A stretch of 64,000 nt of DNA from Dehalococcoidia bacterium (GCA_030611085.1 JAUWQI010000001.1:32390-96389); one strand, 5' to 3'; shown: positions 10,370 through 21,197, numbered from the stretch's first letter. Notes: generated from the letters alone by a model not told the origin. A program made the numbers and translations.

Positions 10370-11060
10370 TCTCAGAGATGGCAACTGCGTCCGCCTATAT
10401 CAAGGCGATTATGACCAGCAAACCGTCTTTGGTGAAGACCCAGCAGCAGTAGCTTTGAGGTGGCATTCTCAAGGAGCAAAGTGGCTCCATATTGTTGATT
10501 TAGATGGTGCAGCTATGGGTGAGCCAAGGAATATGGTAGCGGTTGAGGAAATAATAAAGGAGAGTGGGTTGCTGGTGGAGTTGGGTGGTGGCATCAGGAA
10601 AGAAGCTGTCGCCGAGGAATTGTTACACAAAGGGATAAGCCGAATCATTCTAGGCACATCGGCTGTGGAGAATCCAAGACTGCTGAAAAAGCTATGTCGG
10701 CGATTTGGTGAAGCCATTGTAGTGGGCCTCGATGCCCGAGATGGCAAAATCGCTGTCCATGGCTGGCGGAAAGATACAGCTATCGAGGTTCTAGAGCTAA
10801 GTCGGGAGATGGTAGAACTTGGAGTGAGGCGTTTTATCTATACGGATATAAAAAAGGATGGTACCCTCACCGAGCCCAATTTTGATGTAGTGCGGGAGCT
10901 TGTCTCCCACCTAAATGTTCCTATTATTGCGGCTGGAGGCATTTCCAGGGTGGAGCATTTGAGGAGGCTTAAAGAGCTTGGCGTTGAGGGAGCTATTATA
11001 GGCAAGGCTCTTTATACCGGGGATGTTGATTTAAAGGAAGCCATAGCTATCGGAGGTTAG
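10347..11060 (+). CDS. hisA: ProFAR isomerase HisA
   Basis: VIPAIDLRDGNCVRL...HIVDLDGA motifs; overlaps the upstream gene by 23 nt. Confidence 0.9.
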   Translation: MEVIPAIDLRDGNCVRLYQGDYDQQTVFGEDPAAVALRWHSQGAKWLHIVDLDGAAMGEPRNMVAVEEIIKESGLLVELGGGIRKEAVAEELLHKGISRIILGTSAVENPRLLKKLCRRFGEAIVVGLDARDGKIAVHGWRKDTAIEVLELSREMVELGVRRFIYTDIKKDGTLTEPNFDVVRELVSHLNVPIIAAGGISRVEHLRRLKELGVEGAIIGKALYTGDVDLKEAIAIGG

Positions 11061-11066
11061 ACAAGG

Positions 11067-11405
11067 ATGTTAAAGCTTGACGATAAAGGTTTGATTCCAG
11101 CTATTATACAGAATGCCAGGAATGGTGAAGTGCTTATGCTTGGCTATATGAATAAGGAGTCACTGAAGCGTACAATAACCAGCGGGGATGTCTGGTTTTA
11201 TAGCCGCAGTCGGCAGGAATTGTGGCACAAGGGAGAAACTTCGGGTAATTTTCTCAAATTGAAATCCCTTATCAAGGACTGTGATAGCGATACGCTCTTA
11301 GTCCAAGCTGAGCCTACAGGTCCAGTATGCCACACTGGCAATCGAACTTGCTTCTTACAGGACGACACGAATTACAGATTCTTGGAGGAACAGGACTTAG
11401 GCTAG
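11067..11405 (+). CDS. hisI: phosphoribosyl-AMP cyclohydrolase HisI
   Basis: GLIPAIIQ...[16 protein letters not shown]...CHTG motif. Confidence 0.9.
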   Translation: MLKLDDKGLIPAIIQNARNGEVLMLGYMNKESLKRTITSGDVWFYSRSRQELWHKGETSGNFLKLKSLIKDCDSDTLLVQAEPTGPVCHTGNRTCFLQDDTNYRFLEEQDLG

Positions 11406-12296
11406 CTGCTCCTCTGCTTCCTCAGAGTTTTCAGTCTCGATAACCTCATTTAACGCTGATATAGCAGCCTCCAGTTGGCTATCGTCAGGCTCTCTGGTAG
11501 TCATAGCTTGCAACATTAGCCCCGGTGCCAGGAGAATTTGGATTATGGCATTTTTAGCATGGCTTGCTCCAAATTTCATGATTTCATAGCTTAAGGCAGC
11601 AATTACCGGAATAAGGACTATACGAGATGTGATGCTTAACCATAGTGTGGGGCGACCAAACAAAGCAAAGACGAAGATAGCGATGATTAAAACAATAAAG
11701 ATAAAACCTGTGCCACAACGAGTGTGGGCAGTAGAATAATTCTTAATTGCGTCTACTTCCAAGGGGCTACCAGCTTCATAGGCATTAACCGTTTTGTGCT
11801 CCGCTCCATGGTAGGCAAAAACCCTTTTAATATCGGGAATTAACCCTATTAGCTTGAGGTAAACAATGAATATGCCAATACGAATAAAGCCTTCAACCAG
11901 GTTACTTACTAAGGCAGAGCCAATGTAGGGATCGATGAGATAACGAGTGACAAGGAGGGGAGCAATAAAGAAAAGGGCAACACCGAAGGCGAGACTAGCG
12001 GCCACAATTCCCCATAGAAGTCCTGTGGGTATTTTCTCTTCTTCTTCCTCTGCTGAAGCTACCTGAGCGGAGTGAAGTAGGGCTTGAGTGCCCAAAACCA
12101 GGGCTTCGATGAGAACGATAAACCCTCTGACTAAAGGTGTCTCCCTAAGGCGACCCTTATAAATGCCGGGTAATGGCTTTTTTGTGGTGTTTAATTTCCC
12201 ATCGGGGCCGCGTACAGAAATGGCTAGATTATCCCTGCCCCGCATCATCACTCCCTCGATGACTGCCTGCCCACCATAATAAAAAGGTTTTGCCAT
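11397..12296 (-). CDS. DUF1385 / YqhQ-family membrane protein
   Basis: [14 protein letters not shown]-terminus and HGAEHK motif typical of DUF1385. Confidence 0.7.
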   Translation of the reverse strand: MAKPFYYGGQAVIEGVMMRGRDNLAISVRGPDGKLNTTKKPLPGIYKGRLRETPLVRGFIVLIEALVLGTQALLHSAQVASAEEEEEKIPTGLLWGIVAASLAFGVALFFIAPLLVTRYLIDPYIGSALVSNLVEGFIRIGIFIVYLKLIGLIPDIKRVFAYHGAEHKTVNAYEAGSPLEVDAIKNYSTAHTRCGTGFIFIVLIIAIFVFALFGRPTLWLSITSRIVLIPVIAALSYEIMKFGASHAKNAIIQILLAPGLMLQAMTTREPDDSQLEAAISALNEVIETENSEEAEEQLA

Positions 12297-12440
12297 TAGT
12301 ATCTCAATCCCTCTAAAATTTGCAATTCCACCTCAGCTATGAAAATCTCGTCAGCATTATAATAGAAATGGCTAAAAGAAAGGAAACTAACTCTTTAAGA
12401 TAGTAACCACAAACGAACTTTTAGTTTCCAGAAAGCGAGC

Positions 12441-12767
12441 TTAGGAGTAGTAGATGTTTGATGTCGCGTACTTAGCTCCAAGAATTCCTTTTATTTCCTG
12501 CTGTTCCTTCAAATCTGTTATTGCTTCTAACTTTGAGATGAGGTTATCCTCTCCTTTGACCTTCCAATCCACTATGTACCCTTGTATAAAAAGGCTGCTT
12601 ACTTCGTGAACACAGCTCCCATCACAGAAGGTAATACCTCCCCCTGCTTCTGACCAAATGCAGAGAACCTTCTTGCCTTTGTAATCTAAAGTCTCCTCCT
12701 TTATATGGTATGCTCTCCCCTCAGGTCCTATATCTTCACCTTCCGGCAAATGAATGTATTCCATCAT
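12441..12767 (-). CDS. hypothetical protein
   Basis: 108-aa ORF, translationally coupled to rpmE; no family assigned. Confidence 0.4.
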   Translation of the reverse strand: MMEYIHLPEGEDIGPEGRAYHIKEETLDYKGKKVLCIWSEAGGGITFCDGSCVHEVSSLFIQGYIVDWKVKGEDNLISKLEAITDLKEQQEIKGILGAKYATSNIYYS

Positions 12768-12967
12768 TTTATCTGGTATCGCTTCTTAAAGCGTTCCACT
12801 CTTCCCAAGGTGTCCACTATCCTCTGTTCTCCAGTATAGAAAGGATGGCATTTGCTGCACACCTCGACTCTGAGCTCTGGCCTGGTCGAACCAGTGGTAA
12901 AGGTATTACCACAAAGGCAAGTCACTTTGGCATTCTCATAATACTTGGGATGGATTTTGTCTTTCAT
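12764..12967 (-). CDS. rpmE: 50S ribosomal protein L31
   Basis: MKDKIHPKY...CxC...[10 protein letters not shown] zinc-ribbon L31 signature. Confidence 0.9.
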   Translation of the reverse strand: MKDKIHPKYYENAKVTCLCGNTFTTGSTRPELRVEVCSKCHPFYTGEQRIVDTLGRVERFKKRYQIK

Positions 12968-13215
12968 TTATAAACGCTCACCTTCTTTTTATATTTGGTC
13001 GCTGGCTCATATTTAACACAGCCATCTATTAAGGCAAAGAGGGTATAGTCTCTACCCAGGCCGACATTGCTTCCGGGGAATATGCGAGTCCCACGCTGCC
13101 GAACTAGAATAGTTCCAGCATGAACTTGTTCTCCTCCGTATCTTTTCACTCCCAGTCGCTTCGACTGGCTATCACGCCCACATCTTGTGCTGCCGCCACC
13201 TTTTTTATGTGCCAT
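12964..13215 (-). CDS. rpmA: 50S ribosomal protein L27
   Basis: [16 protein letters not shown]...[10 protein letters not shown] canonical L27. Confidence 0.95.
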   Translation of the reverse strand: MAHKKGGGSTRCGRDSQSKRLGVKRYGGEQVHAGTILVRQRGTRIFPGSNVGLGRDYTLFALIDGCVKYEPATKYKKKVSVYK

Positions 13216-13217
13216 GT

Positions 13218-13538
13218 TTACCCTCCCGGCTTAACAATCTCATTTATTGATAGTCTAGTATAAATCTGACGATGCCCTGTTTTCTTACGATAGCGAACTT
13301 TGGACTTATATTTAAACACTATAATTTTGTCTCCTTTGATTTCCCCCAGAGAGGTAGCGAGAACCTTAGCATCTTTGATAATTGGGTTGCCTATAAGCGT
13401 ATTTTCATCATCACCGATAAATAGTACCTTATCCATCTCAACCGTGTCGCCTTCAGGTATATTTAAGCGTTCAACCTCTATCGTCTGCTTTGGAGCAACC
13501 TTATACTGTTTGCCACCTGTCTCAATAATAGCGTAAAT
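13218..13538 (-). CDS. rplU: 50S ribosomal protein L21 (probable ATT start)
   Basis: ORF track shows only the C-terminal 72 aa. Upstream in frame the conserved [18 protein letters not shown]-terminus is encoded with no ATG/GTG/TTG start. An ATT codon sits 4-5 nt after a GGAGGTG RBS and is preceded by an in-frame TGA. Confidence 0.75.
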   Translation of the reverse strand: MYAIIETGGKQYKVAPKQTIEVERLNIPEGDTVEMDKVLFIGDDENTLIGNPIIKDAKVLATSLGEIKGDKIIVFKYKSKVRYRKKTGHRQIYTRLSINEIVKPGG

Positions 13539-13738
13539 TTTTCACCTCCATCCTCTCACTTGTCATTGCGAGCAAAGCGAAGCAATCTCAAGATCCTTCA
13601 CTATCACTCAGGGCGAATACCCGCCAGAGATTGAATCTTATCAGTTCAAATTGCTGGGTGTCAAACTGCTTGGGTCTCTCTGTTGATGTTCTACAATCTT
13701 GTCACCCCTTAACAGCAACATTGACTCAGCACATCGAG

Positions 13739-14662
13739 TTACGCTCCTGAGGTGGCTCCGAACTCTACCCTTACCCCCTGTGGCACAGCATAGCCAATAA
13801 ACTTGTAAGCCAGTTTGGCTAATAGAAAAGCGCAAGCCACTGGACCCTCTCGGGGGCAGAATTCCATTAAATCAAAGCCAACTATGTGTTTATGAAGGGC
13901 TACCGACTTTATTATAGTTAAGACCTGCTGCCATTGCATACCACCTGGTTCAGGAGTGCCCACTGCGGGCATAATGGAAGGGTCTAAAACATCGACATCT
14001 ATAGTGACATAAACATCCTGGCTGAGCGAGTCCAGCATTTTCTCTGTGGAAATTGTAGTTGATAGCAAATCAGACATGTAGAAAGGAGTCATCTTATTCT
14101 GGCTCAAGAATTGTTTTTCTTCTCGACTGAGGCTGCGAATTCCCACTTGAACAATAGGACAAAGTTCGAAGATACGGTGCATAACGCAGGCTTGGCCATA
14201 TTTGGTGCCTAAATACTTATCTCGAAGGTCAGTGTGAGCATCCAGTTGTAACACGGAAAGTCTGGGGAATGCCTCTTTAAAGGCTCGAGCTGTGCCTAGA
14301 GAGAGAGAATGTTCTCCGCCTAGCATCACCACAAATTTCCCCTTTTGTATTAAACCCTTAGTTAAGTTGTAGACCCTTTCTATCATATCTTTGGGGCCAC
14401 TTAACACTGGCTCTACCTGAGGCAGGGTATGGATACCAACTTTATATATCTCACGGTCTAATTCTAAATCGTAGAGCTCTAGATATTGGGAGGCGTCGAT
14501 GATAGCCTGAGGGCCATCCCGAGTTCCGCTCCGCCATTCGACAGTGCTATCGTAGGGAACAGGCAGAATTACAGTCCTGGCTTGTTGCAAATCTGAATAG
14601 GGTGGTGATAATCCAGCGAAGGTACGCTGTAGGAATGCCTCTTCATTCCCCATGATAAACAA
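13739..14662 (-). CDS. speB: agmatinase / ureohydrolase family
   Basis: arginase-fold motifs GGEHS, DAHTD, VTIDVDVLDP. Confidence 0.85.
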   Translation of the reverse strand: MFIMGNEEAFLQRTFAGLSPPYSDLQQARTVILPVPYDSTVEWRSGTRDGPQAIIDASQYLELYDLELDREIYKVGIHTLPQVEPVLSGPKDMIERVYNLTKGLIQKGKFVVMLGGEHSLSLGTARAFKEAFPRLSVLQLDAHTDLRDKYLGTKYGQACVMHRIFELCPIVQVGIRSLSREEKQFLSQNKMTPFYMSDLLSTTISTEKMLDSLSQDVYVTIDVDVLDPSIMPAVGTPEPGGMQWQQVLTIIKSVALHKHIVGFDLMEFCPREGPVACAFLLAKLAYKFIGYAVPQGVRVEFGATSGA

Positions 14663-15041
14663 AGTTCACGACATTGCTAGTTGCAAGTTCTGTTTGCGGA
14701 CAGTCTCTATCAATCAGGCAGGTTCTTGATTTAATTAGTCGGAATGCGACTTGAAAATCCTTAATCGCTTTCTCGGCATCGAAATCCTTGCATGAGAAAA
14801 CATCTATATTGACATAATTCTGCTCAACAAAAGTATGGATGCTGATATGACTCTCAGCAATAAAAACAAATCCCGATATGCCCCAATCCTCTAGTTTTGG
14901 TTCTCCATATCTAAGCACGTAGGGTGGTGAAATTCTGGTCATACCAATTCTGGCGGGATAGCTTTCCAGCCAGTTTCGAAGATAATTCTCATCCTGGAGA
15001 AGTTCTTGATTATCAGAATAGCCATCTATAATTAGGTGCAT
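14643..15041 (-). CDS. speH: pyruvoyl-dependent S-adenosylmethionine decarboxylase proenzyme (class 1) homolog
   Basis: ESHISIHT self-cleavage motif; 132 aa; overlaps speB start. Confidence 0.8.
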   Translation of the reverse strand: MHLIIDGYSDNQELLQDENYLRNWLESYPARIGMTRISPPYVLRYGEPKLEDWGISGFVFIAESHISIHTFVEQNYVNIDVFSCKDFDAEKAIKDFQVAFRLIKSRTCLIDRDCPQTELATSNVVNFVYHGE

Positions 15042-15138
15042 TGGACCTCCTTCAAATCTGGCGTGCTCCCCGTAGCGCGGAGGCTTGTCCTCCGCTAGAG
15101 TTAACCCAAGACATCACCTCTCTAAAAGCTAATAGCTC

Positions 15139-16434
15139 TCAGCATTTGATTGCAGGGCGAGCTAAATATTTTCCCACTATCGCCATGGCACAATATTTGC
15201 CACACATGCTGCAAGTATTTCCAGAGCTAGGAATCTTGTTATGGACTTGTCGTGAGAGCTCTGGGTCTAAGGACAATTTAGCTTGAGTCTCCCAATCAAG
15301 GGTCTTGCGGGCTCGGGCTATTTTTTCATCTTGCTCCCGAGCACCTTTTACTCCCTTAATAATATCACCAGCGTGAGCAGCTATGCGGGAGGCAATTACT
15401 CCTTGTTTTACATCCTCAACATCGGGAAGGGAGAGGTGCTCTGTGGGGGTAACATAGCACAAGAAATCTGCACCTGCAGCAGCAGCGATGGCTCCCCCGA
15501 TGGCACCAGTAATATGGTCATAGCCGGCACCTATATCGGTCACTAGAGGACCTAAGACATAAAAAGGTGCTCCATGGCAGAGGCTCTTTTCTAGTTGGAC
15601 ATTAGTAGCCACTTGGTCCAGCGGCAAATGCCCAGGTCCTTCTATTATGGACTGAACGCCAGCTTCTCGGGTACGTTTCACTAACTCTCCAAGGATGATT
15701 AGTTCTTCGACTTGAGCTCTATCAGTGGCATCGGCGATGCATCCTGGGCGTAAGCCATCACCCAAACTCAAGGCGAAATCATATTTGTGGGCTAAGTCCA
15801 ACAAACGGTCATAATATTGGTATAAAGGATTTTCCTTCTCATTATGCAGCATCCAGCCAATGAGAAAGGCACCTCCTCGGGAGACTATATCGGTTATTCT
15901 CCCTTGGTTTCTAAGTCTTGCCACCGATGCCTGAGTTACTCCGCAGTGAACGGTCATGAAATCAACGCCGTCCCTGGCTTGTTCTTCGATTACATCGAAA
16001 ATCTCGTCCACGGTCATGCTCACGATAGCCCCGTGTTTTGCAATGGCTTCGATGCCAGCTTGATAAACAGGCACAGTCCCTACAGGCACGGTGCTAGCAT
16101 TAATGATAGCTCTTCTGATAGCTGGAATATCGTTGCCAGTGCTCAAATCCATGACTGTATCGCTACCAAATGCAATAGCAGCTTGTAATTTTCTAAGTTC
16201 TGTATCTACATCAAAAGAATCTGGGGATGTGCCTATATTAGCATTGACCTTTGTCTTTAGTCCCTTGCCTATGCCACAAGGGGCTAGATTTGCATGGTTG
16301 GCATTGGCTGGAATTATGATTTTACCCTCGCTCAAACCTTGTAGGATAAAATCAATTTCTACCCCCTCCTTTTCAGCCACATGCTTCACCTGGGGTGAAA
16401 CAATTCCCTTTCGAACTAGCTCTAATTGAGTCAT
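15139..16434 (-). CDS. thiC: phosphomethylpyrimidine synthase ThiC
   Basis: full-length ThiC including the C-terminal CSMCG[KP]xxC Fe-S motif. Confidence 0.95.
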   Translation of the reverse strand: MTQLELVRKGIVSPQVKHVAEKEGVEIDFILQGLSEGKIIIPANANHANLAPCGIGKGLKTKVNANIGTSPDSFDVDTELRKLQAAIAFGSDTVMDLSTGNDIPAIRRAIINASTVPVGTVPVYQAGIEAIAKHGAIVSMTVDEIFDVIEEQARDGVDFMTVHCGVTQASVARLRNQGRITDIVSRGGAFLIGWMLHNEKENPLYQYYDRLLDLAHKYDFALSLGDGLRPGCIADATDRAQVEELIILGELVKRTREAGVQSIIEGPGHLPLDQVATNVQLEKSLCHGAPFYVLGPLVTDIGAGYDHITGAIGGAIAAAAGADFLCYVTPTEHLSLPDVEDVKQGVIASRIAAHAGDIIKGVKGAREQDEKIARARKTLDWETQAKLSLDPELSRQVHNKIPSSGNTCSMCGKYCAMAIVGKYLARPAIKC

Positions 16435-16710
16435 TTCCCTACATCTTTCTCATTATAGAGGCTGTTTAATTTTGTTTTTCCGTTTGATTTTGGGTATTTT
16501 GGGGAGTCTTCACCCCCAAATTTTTGTAGTTGCCTGATTTATCAGGCTTAGCCCAATAAATTGGGCAACTACATTTTTTAAACAGCCTCATTATAAGGTA
16601 ACCCTAATTTGAATTATGAAAATATTTTGTATAAGCTTAGAAGGTAAAGTTAGCATAAAATTACTCCCAGATGCAAATTTGAGGGATGGAGATTGTTTAG
16701 CAACCCATTT

Positions 16711-16850
16711 GTCATTCTGAGCCCTACGGGCGAAGAATCTCTCTTAGACTCTTCGCGGAGCCTGTCCTGGTGAGCCGAAGCTCTGAATGCAATGAAGAGG
16801 AGATTCTTCAGTCGCTTCTCTCCCTCAGAATGACAAGAAGCGAAGGGCGC
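16711..16850. repeat. family-1 palindromic element, full-length copy (TIRs GTCATTCTGAG...CTCAGAATGAC, inner GAAGAATCTC...GAGATTCTTC)
   Basis: ~140-bp MITE-like foldback in the thiC / gamma-CA spacer. Other intergenic copies: 3312-3376, 9660-9753, 13561-13615, 25272-25445, 26703-26877, 33247-33362, 36040-36122, 50200-50252, 62248-62304. Confidence 0.85.
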
Positions 16851-16917
16851 AGAGTAACATTTATCACTTATTAATAAACACTCTCGGGATGCAATCTAGT
16901 TATCAACTGGAGGTAGA

Positions 16918-17439
16918 ATGATTAGAAGTTTCAGTGGCATGACACCAAAAATAGCGGAGTCGGCTTTCGTTAGCGAAGCTGCCTATGTTGTTGGCGATGT
17001 GGAGATTGATGGGAATTCCAGCGTGTGGCCTGGAGCAGTAATCAGGGGTGATTTTGGCAAGATAAAAATTGGCAAGAATACCGCTGTGGAGGATAACTGC
17101 GTTATCCATTCAGGGTCACCTTCGGGAATCGTGAATGTTGTGATTGGAGATAATGTAGTTATCGGTCACGGTGCCGTTAGCAATTGCCGCAAGATTGGGA
17201 ACAATAGTCTTATAGGCATGAACTCCACTATTCTCCATGATGCTGAAATTGGTGACTTTTGCGTGATTGCTGCTGGATGCTTGGTGCGGCAAGGAATAAA
17301 AATCCCCAATGGTAAGTTAGTTGCTGGCGTTCCTGGCAGAATTAAAGGAGAGGCTTCGGCAGAACAGTTATGGTGGACACAAAACAACCCAGTACTTTAT
17401 CCCAAGCTAGCTAAGCAATACAAAGAACAGGGGCTCTAG
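16918..17439 (+). CDS. gamma-carbonic-anhydrase-family hexapeptide-repeat protein
   Basis: left-handed beta-helix repeats; VWPGAVIRGD and HG motifs. Confidence 0.8.
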   Translation: MIRSFSGMTPKIAESAFVSEAAYVVGDVEIDGNSSVWPGAVIRGDFGKIKIGKNTAVEDNCVIHSGSPSGIVNVVIGDNVVIGHGAVSNCRKIGNNSLIGMNSTILHDAEIGDFCVIAAGCLVRQGIKIPNGKLVAGVPGRIKGEASAEQLWWTQNNPVLYPKLAKQYKEQGL

Positions 17440-17467
17440 CTGATATTGGACTTTCATCGTAACAGTC

Positions 17468-18139
17468 TCAATCCTCTTTTGCACCTTTCCCTAATACTGT
17501 TCCCCCCACTTGCCTCATCCACCGGCTGAGCACTAGTGGAAAGAACATGCTAGTAGTAGCCTGATAATTTCTGTACTCCTCACCGAAGACCAGGGTAAGA
17601 AGCTTCTCTTCCGATTTTGCCTGAAGGTAGAATAGGGGCACTGAAGAAAGGAAAATCAATATAAAGAGGAAGTCTTTGAAGAATAGGAAAAGCCCGAGGT
17701 AGGCTATCATCTTTGATGCGTATTGAGGATGCCTGATATGGCGGTATGCACCTGCCTTGACGACTCTGTGCCCTTGTTTTAAGCGGGCGCACCGTGGCTC
17801 GTTAAATTCGCCGAAGGACACAATTGCCCACCAGGATAAAAACATCCCTGCGACCAACAGCACGATGCCCATCAACTGGAGGGAAAAATCGAAGGAGCAA
17901 GAGAAGGGTAGGAACATATCAGGATACCCCAGCATAAGAAAAAGGAGTGCAAATCCCAGCGAGATGAGGATGAATACTCGGTCGAACACCACAGTAACCA
18001 GAGCCAATGTTCGGGAGGGCGCAGGCATTTGGAGGTCGGATTTTCGCATTCTGCTAAGTCTCATATACTTTATCCAGATGACAAGAAATGTCACTATCCC
18101 CAGCACTACGAGAGCCTTCATCAAAAAGATGTCTAACAT
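17468..18139 (-). CDS. isoprenylcysteine carboxyl methyltransferase (ICMT/PEMT) family membrane protein
   Basis: multi-TM protein with RHPQY motif. Confidence 0.65.
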   Translation of the reverse strand: MLDIFLMKALVVLGIVTFLVIWIKYMRLSRMRKSDLQMPAPSRTLALVTVVFDRVFILISLGFALLFLMLGYPDMFLPFSCSFDFSLQLMGIVLLVAGMFLSWWAIVSFGEFNEPRCARLKQGHRVVKAGAYRHIRHPQYASKMIAYLGLFLFFKDFLFILIFLSSVPLFYLQAKSEEKLLTLVFGEEYRNYQATTSMFFPLVLSRWMRQVGGTVLGKGAKED

Positions 18140-18591
18140 TTGGTCATCATACCTTTCTGCAACATAGCTTTGAGTTTGGCTATGTTTCGCCTCGTGTCCT
18201 TCTTGGCATGATTTTCTAGCCCCAATTTACCAGCGAACCGACCCAGCAGCGAGCCCGGCACTGTATAATCTGCAATATAGGTTGCCTTTGTGCCACTGCC
18301 TTGAGCTTCTAACTCGAAGGTCAGCATCATTCTCCCCCCAAAGCCTGTCATCTCCCAGACGATTCTATGTGGGCGCTCATATTTGACTACCTTGCGACAG
18401 AATTCGACAGTTCTGCCACCTATTTTGGAGACCTGTGTCCAGCTTGCCCCCACTGCTAGAGGTCTTTCCAGCCGGCCCTTATTATCAACAAAGTTGCTAT
18501 TCCACGCCGACATATTATCCGGCTCGGCAATATAATCAAAGACATATTCCACCGGCGCCTGAGTGTAAAAGCTTATCTTCGTACGAGCCAT
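18133..18591 (-). CDS. SRPBCC-superfamily protein
   Basis: 152 aa; weak pattern match to polyketide cyclase/START-like fold. Confidence 0.5.
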   Translation of the reverse strand: MARTKISFYTQAPVEYVFDYIAEPDNMSAWNSNFVDNKGRLERPLAVGASWTQVSKIGGRTVEFCRKVVKYERPHRIVWEMTGFGGRMMLTFELEAQGSGTKATYIADYTVPGSLLGRFAGKLGLENHAKKDTRRNIAKLKAMLQKGMMTKC

Positions 18592-18592
18592 T

Positions 18593-18832
18593 TCATTCCT
18601 TTCTCTTTCGGTCTCTATATTTTGTTAAGCAGTCGTGGCTGCAGAAGGTAAGCCCATCTTCCACAAACCTTAGCCACCCGGTAGCCCTCTTGCCACATAT
18701 GGCGCAGTAACTTGACCTTCCCGCCTCTCGGTCTTCATACTCCCGAACACAAGCTTGGCTACAGAACTTAAGCTCCCCTTTGCTCCAGGTTATCCTGCCC
18801 AGTTTTTTCCCACAAAGAGCACACTTTGCCAT
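18593..18832 (-). CDS. Cys-rich zinc-ribbon small protein
   Basis: CxxC...CxxxC twice in 79 aa. Confidence 0.45.
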   Translation of the reverse strand: MAKCALCGKKLGRITWSKGELKFCSQACVREYEDREAGRSSYCAICGKRATGWLRFVEDGLTFCSHDCLTKYRDRKRKE

Positions 18833-18851
18833 TTTAGCCTCCCGAACTTTA

Positions 18852-19568
18852 CTAAAGTAAGCGTCTTCCTCTGGTTTTGCCTTTTATTCTGATGCCCAGA
18901 ACATCACTTAGAAGATGCTGAGCATGCCAATAAGTGTCATTAACAACTTGTTTGCCCAGGGGTAAAACCCCCAAAGGGTCAACAGCTTTTTCATCGAAAT
19001 CAAGCCCGAATTTTCTAGCAAGCTCCCTTAGCTCAAATAATATGTCCTCGATACTAAGAGTAGAGAAAGCTTCATCTTGCACATTTTCCTGAGATGTATC
19101 GGGGGCAGACTGGTGATACTCTCGTCTTTTCGCCTTTTCTTTTAACACCTTGAAGGCTCCATATACCCTCATGAGCTTCCCCAGGTTATCTCCACTGAGA
19201 TCCACGACATTACGATATTTGTTTACTAATTTTGTGGATGCCTTATCAATATCTTGCTCAGAAGCATCCTTACTCACCTCTAACATCTCATATAGGATGC
19301 TCTCAAAGTTAGAATCAAGGGAAGTCTCATCTTCGCCATGTGCTTGAGTAAATGCATCCAGCCCAAGGCGGTCATATTCTCGCTTTTTCCCCTCATCTTT
19401 CAACACAGAGTAAGCCTGATATACTTCCTCAAACTTCCCCTCGTTGCCCCTTCGTGGGTTTATTTGCGGATGATATTGGAGTGCTAATTTTATGAATGCC
19501 TTTTCCATCTTTGCTTTATTAGCATTCCTATCCACCTCTAATATCTGGTAATAATCCTGCTTGTGCAT
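18852..19568 (-). CDS. J-domain protein
   Basis: DYYQILEV...YHPQ (HPD-like position) J-domain at N-terminus, second degenerate J-like segment. Confidence 0.65.
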   Translation of the reverse strand: MHKQDYYQILEVDRNANKAKMEKAFIKLALQYHPQINPRRGNEGKFEEVYQAYSVLKDEGKKREYDRLGLDAFTQAHGEDETSLDSNFESILYEMLEVSKDASEQDIDKASTKLVNKYRNVVDLSGDNLGKLMRVYGAFKVLKEKAKRREYHQSAPDTSQENVQDEAFSTLSIEDILFELRELARKFGLDFDEKAVDPLGVLPLGKQVVNDTYWHAQHLLSDVLGIRIKGKTRGRRLL

Positions 19569-19601
19569 ATAGTTTGCCCTCCCCAAATTTTTCAACCGAG
19601 T

Positions 19602-21176
19602 TTAAATTTTCAAAATGATAATTACCAATAGAGCTGTAATTACTACTACGGCGATAGCCCATGCTGCGTGGTTATTATTATTGCTCTTCACATTAAATTC
19701 CATCTCACCGCGTTCGATTTTGTTCATTATTGCTGTTGCCTGCCTCGGCAAATCCTTGATGAAATCAACAGCCTCGGCAGCGGAGTCCGCTAAATCGAGC
19801 AGAAAGTCCTTGGGCTCGGTTAAGCCCAATACATCTGCTTTGTTTCTCAATCTCTTGCGCCCGAGTCGCTTAAGATGGGGGTCGAACATATCGTATACAT
19901 TAAAGCCAGGATATAGCTGGTTTGCCAGTATCTCCACATAGAGGTAGGTTTTAAACACCAACACCATGTGCCTTGGCAGCCTGACTCCATATCCAAAAAC
20001 GGTCTTAGTGAGGTCATCCATAATATGGCCCACTCCCCTTTGCCCCAGGGGCATCTTGCCGTCTACAAAGTGGCGATCGATAAATGTGCCCATCTCCAAT
20101 TCTAGCTTCTCAACATCTACCTCATCTCTTTCTCCGGTATGCATCCTCATAAGCTCCTTCGTCAGCCTAATCGGGTCGTTGGAGTCGAAAGCCAGTATCA
20201 AGTCTCCCAGCATGTCCAACTGCTTATCTTCTATGCGCTCTATCATGCCGAAGTCCAGGACTGCAATGACATTGTCTTCCAGCACATATAAATTCCCCGG
20301 GTGGGGGTCAGCCTGCAGAAAGCCATCCTCGTGTATCATTTTCAGATAAGCCCTGGTCACATTCAGGGCTATTTCATATTTATCCAACCCTGCTCTGTCC
20401 ATAGCCTTAAAGTCATTTATCCTGATGCCCTCTATGAGTTCCTCGACTAGCACCCTCTTGGAGGTGTAATCCCAGTATACCTTGGGTATATACACTGTAT
20501 CATCATTCTTGAAGTTTTTGGCTATTTTGTCGGCATTGCGTCCCTCCAGAATATAATCTATCTCCCTCCTCAGTGAAGTGCCAAAGGCATCAACTATATC
20601 TGGCAGATGACTGCTTCTAATTCTAGGGAATAACTTATCAATAAGGAGGGCGAGGAAATCCAGGAGCGACAAGTCGACTTCAATTATGCTCTCTATATCA
20701 GGACGCTGAATCTTCACTGCCACCTTTTTCCGCCTGCTTCTTCCCTGCCTCAGCACCGCCTTATGCACCTGCCCCAGGGATGCGGCTGCAAGTGGCTCCT
20801 TATCAAATGAGACAAACAATTCCTCTACGGGGGCTGCCAACTCTTCCTCGATGATGTCCTCCACATCCTTATAGCTGAAGGGAGGTACTTGCTCCTGTAG
20901 CTTCTCCATCTCTTTCTTCAGCGCTTCAGGACACTCGGCCCTGGTGCTCAGAATTTGACCAAATTTGATAAAAGTGGGTCCCAGTTCCTCTATTAAACGC
21001 CGAACTAGCGCTCCAATGCCACCGCGGCTGCCCACCCGATTTCGGCGTTTGCCCCATATCTTGCTGAGTAAGACGCGAAATAGAAACTTTATCATTATGC
21101 CAATTATCCCGAGGAATCGGCGCAGCGTTACAAACCTTCGATATGTGTTGCTGAGTTCCCAAAGTGCTTTGTTCAT
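19602..21176 (-). CDS. ABC1/UbiB-family atypical kinase
   Basis: GPTFIKFGQILSTR...ASLGQVHKA motifs, C-terminal TM helix. Confidence 0.85.
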   Translation of the reverse strand: MNKALWELSNTYRRFVTLRRFLGIIGIMIKFLFRVLLSKIWGKRRNRVGSRGGIGALVRRLIEELGPTFIKFGQILSTRAECPEALKKEMEKLQEQVPPFSYKDVEDIIEEELAAPVEELFVSFDKEPLAAASLGQVHKAVLRQGRSRRKKVAVKIQRPDIESIIEVDLSLLDFLALLIDKLFPRIRSSHLPDIVDAFGTSLRREIDYILEGRNADKIAKNFKNDDTVYIPKVYWDYTSKRVLVEELIEGIRINDFKAMDRAGLDKYEIALNVTRAYLKMIHEDGFLQADPHPGNLYVLEDNVIAVLDFGMIERIEDKQLDMLGDLILAFDSNDPIRLTKELMRMHTGERDEVDVEKLELEMGTFIDRHFVDGKMPLGQRGVGHIMDDLTKTVFGYGVRLPRHMVLVFKTYLYVEILANQLYPGFNVYDMFDPHLKRLGRKRLRNKADVLGLTEPKDFLLDLADSAAEAVDFIKDLPRQATAIMNKIERGEMEFNVKSNNNNHAAWAIAVVVITALLVIIILKI

Positions 21177-21197
21177 CGCCTTTTCATCTCGTCTGCT

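Noticed and set aside
16435-16700. TPP riboswitch upstream of thiC
   Set aside because: Could not find THI-box conserved segments (CUGAGA, GAUCUGGAUAAUGCCAGCG) on the mRNA strand; kept as a finding that it is absent or divergent.
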